64,000 nt of DNA from Scyliorhinus canicula (Eukaryota): positions 30,802,276 through 30,866,275 of the forward strand of contig NC_052147.1 of assembly GCF_902713615.1 (NCBI RefSeq), written 5' to 3'. The position numbers and the translations under genes were made by a program. The notes below the pieces were generated by a model that saw only the letters and a program-made list of their open reading frames with translations, searched no databases and was not told the DNA's origin. Below, in pieces: positions 58,520 through 64,000 of the stretch; position 1 is the stretch's first letter, and the number at the start of each line of letters is the position of its first letter.

Positions 58520-60850
58520 GATTTTGATGATGGATTCAGTGATGGCAATGCCATTGAATTTCAAGGGCTGATTTTAGATTTTCTCTTGGAGAAGGTGGCC
58601 ATTACCTGGCACATGGGGTGCAAATATTACTTGTCATTTATTGGCCAAAGTCTGATTGCTGTTCTGGTATTGCTGCCTATGGACAAAGACTGCCTTATTT
58701 TTCTGAGGAGTCCCAAATGTTACTGAACACAATGTAATCATCTGTGAACAAACATCCCCACTTCTGACCTTATGATGGAGTGCAGGTGATTGATGAAGCA
58801 GCTGAAGATTGGTTGGCCTATGACACTACCCTGAGGAACCCCTGTAGCAATGTCATGGGGCTGAAATAATCGACCTCCAACAACCACAACCATCTTCCTT
58901 TGTGCTAGGTATTATCAGTGGAGAGTTTCCATCAAGTCACATTGACTTCAATTTTGATAGAACTTCTTGATGCCATCTCATTCAAACATTGACTTGATGT
59001 CCAGGGTAGTCACTCGCTTCACCTCTGGAACTCAGTTCTATTGTCATGTTTGGCCAAGGCTGTAATAAAGTCTGGAGCTGAATGGCCCTGGCAGGACCAT
59101 GCAGCAATGGTTCTTGATTGCCGGTTAATGACGGCCTCCATCATATTGCTGATGATTGAGTGTAAACTGCTGGAGTGGTAATTGATTGGATTTAATTTGT
59201 CCTGCTTTGTGTATACAGGACATACCTGAACAATTTTTAACATTGCCAGGTAGATGCCAATGTTGTAGTTCTTCTGGAACAGCTTAGTTAAAGGCGTGGC
59301 TAGTTTTGGGGCGCAAGTTCTTTGGTATAGTCAGAATGTTGTCAGGACTGATGGTCTTCAATGTGCTCAGCTGTTTTGGTGTTGTGCAGTGTGAATCGAA
59401 TTGACTTATAGTAATCTTTTATTGTTATAAGTAGGCTTACATTAACACTACAATGAAGTTACTGTGAAAAGCCCCTAGTCGCCACATTCCGGTACCTGTT
59501 CGGATACACAGGGAGAATTCAGAATGTCCAAATTACCTAACAGCACGTCTTTCGGGACTTGTGGGAGGAAACCGGAGCACCCAAAGGAAACCCATGCAGA
59601 CACTGGGAGAATGTGTAGACTCCACACAGACAGTGACCCAAGCCAGGAATCTAACCTAGGACCCTGGAGCTGTGAAACAACCGTGCGACCCTCTGCTACC
59701 ATGCAGCCATAAGACGTATCTGCGATGCTGGGGACCTTGGAAGGAAGCAGAGATGATCATCCACTTGTCACTTCTGGCTGAAGATGGCTGCTAACTCTAC
59801 CAGTCTTGTCTTTTTTGCACTGACAAGTTGAGCTACACTATTGTCCTGGTTGGAGTTGGTGGAGCCTTTTCCTATCTAGTTTAATTATTTACCATTATTC
59901 ATGACGGTTGTGGCAGGATTGCAGAGCTTTGATCTGATCAATTGGTTGTGGGCTGACTTGGCCCTGTCCACAGAATGCTGGTCCTGCTGTCCATCATGTA
60001 GTTCAGTGTTGAAAGGTGTGTCTGCGACAGACAGTTTGGCGATGACAAGGTAATGTTGATTTTTCCCTCGCATTGATGTTCTCACCATTCCCTACCCAGT
60101 CTTACAGCCATGTCCTTCAGGGCTCGATCAATAATGGTGCTACCAAGCTACTCTGGGGTGAGGGACTTGTGTCCATCACCAAGAGTACTTTCCTTGCTGT
60201 TGCTTCATTCACTGTTTCTTCCATGTGATCGTCCACGTGGAGGAATTTGGATTCAACAGTTGAGAGCGGGTGGTCCATGGTCATCAGTTGGAGGTTTCCT
60301 TTCCCAGGTTTGACCCAATGCTATGAAACAAAATGATCCAGAGTCGAGGATTGTTGGGGGCAGGCCCTCCTGAGTGGACATACCCAGTGATGGTGCTGGA
60401 GGAGTCTAAGGCATTGGCAGTAAGGTAACTATGGCAGATAGCTCTTCAAATTTTGGCACGAGTCCTCAAATGTTAGTGAAGAGGACCTAGGCTTGTCTAG
60501 GTGGCATGTGCTTTGGTCATATTTAGTGCCTTGCTCAATACAGCCTTGTTCAATACAGAGTGGTCCTGTTTTTATACTTGTTCAACTTTTCTGTAACCGT
60601 TTGATGCAACTGAATAATGCCCTGATGGACCATTTCAGGTGGCAGTTGAGAATCAAACACCACTGCTGTGATCTGGCGTCACATAGAGGCCAGAGCTAAT
60701 AAGGATGGCAGAGTTCTTTCCCTAAAAGATATTTGTGAAAAGGATGGGTTTTACGACTGCGTGGTAACATGGTCACCATTGCTAAGAATAGAGTTTTTTA
60801 CTCCAGATTGATGTAATTTAAATTTCACCAGCTGCTTTGGTCGAAATTGA
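58520..60850 (-). mobile_element. Degenerate CR1-superfamily LINE (second family)
   Basis: KIVQVCPVYTKQDKLNPINYHSSSLHSIISNMMEAVIN is a decayed RT 'WK.A.V.P..K..NYRPISL' motif. Split by a SINE at 59408-59709. Confidence 0.65.
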
Positions 60851-61041
60851 ACTTTGTGCCTCTGGATTATTAGTTCAGTAACAGTACAAACACTCTCGAC
60901 TGTCATTGATATAATTTTGCTCCTCTTTCCTGTTGTTCATAATATATTCATGTTCTCTTTCTAGTCTTGCAACATTAAATAGTACAAACAGAACTTAATC
61001 TTTATAATAATTTCTGCAATCACTGCAGAAAATCACAAAAG

Positions 61042-64000
61042 ATCCCCACTCTCTGCCTTCTGCCAGTCAGCCAATCCTCTATCCATGCCAGGATCTTACC
61101 CGTAACACCATGGGCTTTTAACTTATTTAACAGTCTCCTATGCGGCACCTTGTCAAAGGCCTTCTGGAAATCTAAATAAATCACGTCCACTGGTTCTCCT
61201 TTGTCTAACTTTCTTGTTACCACCTCAAAGAACTCTAACAGATTTGTCAGACACGACCTCCCTTTGACAAAGCCGTGCTGACTCAGTCCTATTTTACCAT
61301 GCACTTCTAAATATCCTTAAATACAGATTCTAAAATCTTACCAATGACCAAAGTCAGGCTAACCGGCCTATAATTTCCCATCTTCTGCCTCCCTCCCTTA
61401 AACAAGATGTGGAGATTAACCTGAGGAAGGACCTGCGCTCCGAAAGCTCGTGTTTGAAACAAACCTGTTGGACTTTAACCTGGTGTTGTAAGACTTCTTA
61501 CTGTTCTTAAACAAGGGTGTTACATTAGCCACTTTCCAGTCTTCTGAGACCCTTCCTGCCTCCAGTGATTCCTCAAAGATCGTCACTTATGCCTCCACAA
61601 TTTCCTCAGCCATCTCTTTTAGAACCCTGGGATGTAGTCCATCCGGTCCAGGTGACTTATCCACCTTCAGATCTTTCAGTTTCCCCAGAACCTTCTCCTT
61701 CGTAATGGTCACTGCACTTAACTCTGCCCCCTGGTTCTCCTGGAGCTCTGGCATCCCACTGGTGTCTTCCAACGTGAAGACTGATGCAAAGTAACTATTC
61801 AGTTTGTCTGCCATTTCTTTGATTCCTATTATTACTTCTCCAGCCACATTTTCCAGTGGTCCAATGCCTATTTTTGTCTCTACCTTTTATGTATTGATAT
61901 ATTGAAAAAAATTCTTCCTATCTTTCCTTTATATTACTAGCTAGCTTGCACTCATACTTCATCTTCTCCCCCGTATTGCTTTATTAGTTGTCCTCTGCTC
62001 ACTTTTAAAGACTTCCCAATCCTCCAGTTTATCACTAATCCTCGCCATTATGCATGCTTTTTCTTTAGCTTTTATGCTGTCCTTGACATCCCTCATCAGC
62101 CATGGATGTCTTGTCCTCTCCTTAGCACGTTTCCTCCTCGTGATGAATTTCTGTTGTGCCACCCTAATAACCCCCAAAAACACCTGCCATTGCTGTTTCG
62201 CTGTCTTCCCTGCTAGGCTCCTTTACCAATCGACTCTGGCCAGCTCCTCCCTCGTGTCTTTGTAGTTACCCTCATTTAATTGTAATACCGTTTAGTGGGC
62301 AGCACGGTAGTACAAGTGATTAGCACTGTAGCTTCACAGCGCCAGGGTCCCAGGTTCGATTCCCTGCTGTCCCGTGCGGAGTCTGCACATTCTCCCAGTG
62401 TCTGTGGATTTCCTCCGGGTGCTCCAGTTTCCTCCCACAGTCCAAAGATGTGCAGATTAGGTGGATTGACCATGATAAATTGCCCTCAGTGAGCAAAAAA
62501 AGGTTAGTAGGGGTTAGTGGGTTACCGGGATAGGGTGGGTGAGGGTTTAAGTGGGTCGGTGCAGACTCGATGGCCGAATGGCCTCCTTCTGCACTGTATG
62601 TTCTATGAACTTCTGATTGCAGCTTCTCCCTCTCAAACTGCAGGGTAAATTCTATCATATTGTGGTCACTGCTCTGCAAGGGTTCTTTCACCTTAAGTTC
62701 CCTAATCAAGTCTGCCTCATTACACATCACCAAATCCAGAATTGTCTGTTCCCTAGTCGGCTCTGTCACAAGCTACTCGAAAAACAGTCTCTTAGACATT
62801 CCACAAATTCCTTTTCTTGGGATCCACTACCAACCTGATTTTCCCAGTCCACCTGCATATTGAAGTCTCCCATGATTATTGTAATGTTGCCTTTTTTACA
62901 TGCCGTTTCTATTTCTTGATTTATTTTCTGCCCCACAGCCTGACTACTGCTAGGGGCCTGTATATAATTTCCATCAGGGTCTTTTACCTATGCGATTCCT
63001 CAACTCTACCCACAGAGATTCTATGCCTTCTGATCCTATATCGTTCCTTGCTATCGATTTAACTTCATTCCTTACTAACAATGCAACCTCATTTTCTCAT
63101 CTGTCTGTCCTTTCGATAGGACATATATCCGTGGATATTTAGATCCCTGCCCTGATCCACTTGCAGCCATATCTCTGTGATGCCCACAACATCATACCGG
63201 CCAATTTCCATGTGCGCAACAAACTCATTTACCTTTTTCCCTATACTGCGCACATTTAGATACAATACCCTCAATCCTGCATTGGCCACCTACCTTTTTG
63301 CACTCTCCTCAGTCATTGTACCCTGTACTGTGGCCCTTTTTGATTTTTGACTATGGCTTCTCTGCCTTATACTTTCCCCCTTTTTTGTTTCTGGACCAGT
63401 TTTGCTTCCCTCCGACTTCCTGCATCGGTTTCGATCCCCCTGCCACATTAGTTTAAACCCTCCCCAACAGCACTAGCAAACGCCCCAGTCCTGCCCAGCT
63501 GCAGACCGTCTGGTTTGTACTGGTCCCACCACCCCCAGAACCGCTTACAATGCCCCAGAAATTTGAATCCCTCCCTCTTGCACCATCTCTCGAGCCACGC
63601 ATTCATCCTATCTATCCTGACATTCCTACTCTGACTAGCTTGTGGCACTGATATCAATCCTGAGATTACTACCTTTTGAGGTCCTACTTTTTAGATTAAC
63701 TCTTTACTCCCTGAATTCAGCTTGTAGGACCTCATCCGGTTTTTTTGCCTATATTGTTGGTGCCTACGTGCACCACGACAGCTGGCTGTTCACCCCCCCC
63801 CCCCCCCCCCCCCCCAACCACCCCCCCGTCAAAGAATGTCCTGCAACCGCTCCGAGACACCCTTGACCTTTTTCAGGAAGGCAACATACCATCCTGGAGT
63901 CTCGATTGCGTCCACAGAACAGCCTGTCTATTCCCCTTACGATCGAGTCCCCTATCACTATATCCCTGCCATTCTTCTTCCTGCCCTCCTGCGCAGCTGA
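61042..64000 (-). mobile_element. CR1 LINE (ORF1 SGNH-esterase-like, endonuclease, RT start), degenerate
   Basis: IGDSIVRGIDRLFCG, WCKREGFKFLGH..DQYKPDGLQL, LYLNVRSIGKK, SDHNMIEF, KSPGPDGLHPRVLKE and QHGFVKGRSCLTNLLEFF. Confidence 0.93.
61407..61505 (+). mobile_element. 99-bp Penelope-like insert with hammerhead core and 10-bp TSD
   Basis: TSD CTTAAACAAG at 61397-61406 and 61506-61515. Motif CTGAGGA-A-GGA-CCTGCGC-TCC-GAAA-GC-T-C at 61421-61449. Confidence 0.8.

Larger units (their letters stand above)
20083..64000 (+). other. PPP2R5E: Long intron of PPP2R5E (no convincing next coding exon found in the window)
   Basis: No match to the expected next exon (DVP...ELFLKKLQQCC..FDF) in the ORF track or by eye, and the region is TE-dense. 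This is inferred from absence. Confidence 0.65.

Overview
Repeat-rich vertebrate nuclear DNA, almost certainly from an elasmobranch (shark or ray), judged from the HE1-type SINEs and HER1/CR1 LINEs. The only host gene I can support is the 5' end of PPP2R5E (PP2A B56-epsilon) on the + strand. It has a CpG-island promoter at about 18.95-20.2 kb, a first coding exon at 19929-20082, and a long intron that apparently runs past the end of the window. Everything else is transposon-derived or non-coding: L1, CR1, RTE, Rex1/Babar and L2 LINEs, a Gmr1-like Gypsy element, hAT and Harbinger-like MITEs, Penelope-like pseudo-LTR fragments, dozens of SINEs and one tRNA-Thr(AGT) pseudogene. Four signals stand out. 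(1) Two divergent CR1 elements share an in-phase U_UUA_AAC slippery heptamer immediately before the ORF1 stop, with ORF2 in the -1 frame and no usable AUG in one copy, which suggests programmed -1 frameshifting. (2) Short Penelope-like inserts carry minimal hammerhead ribozyme motifs, two with a compensatory U3-A8 core. (3) A modular SINE system reuses the same heads with CR1-type, L1-type (A-rich, long TSDs) and Rex1-like tails. (4) A hAT MITE family has captured a SINE/LINE 3' tail. All family names come from motif recognition by eye, with no database search. Repeat boundaries are approximate unless TSDs or TIRs are given.
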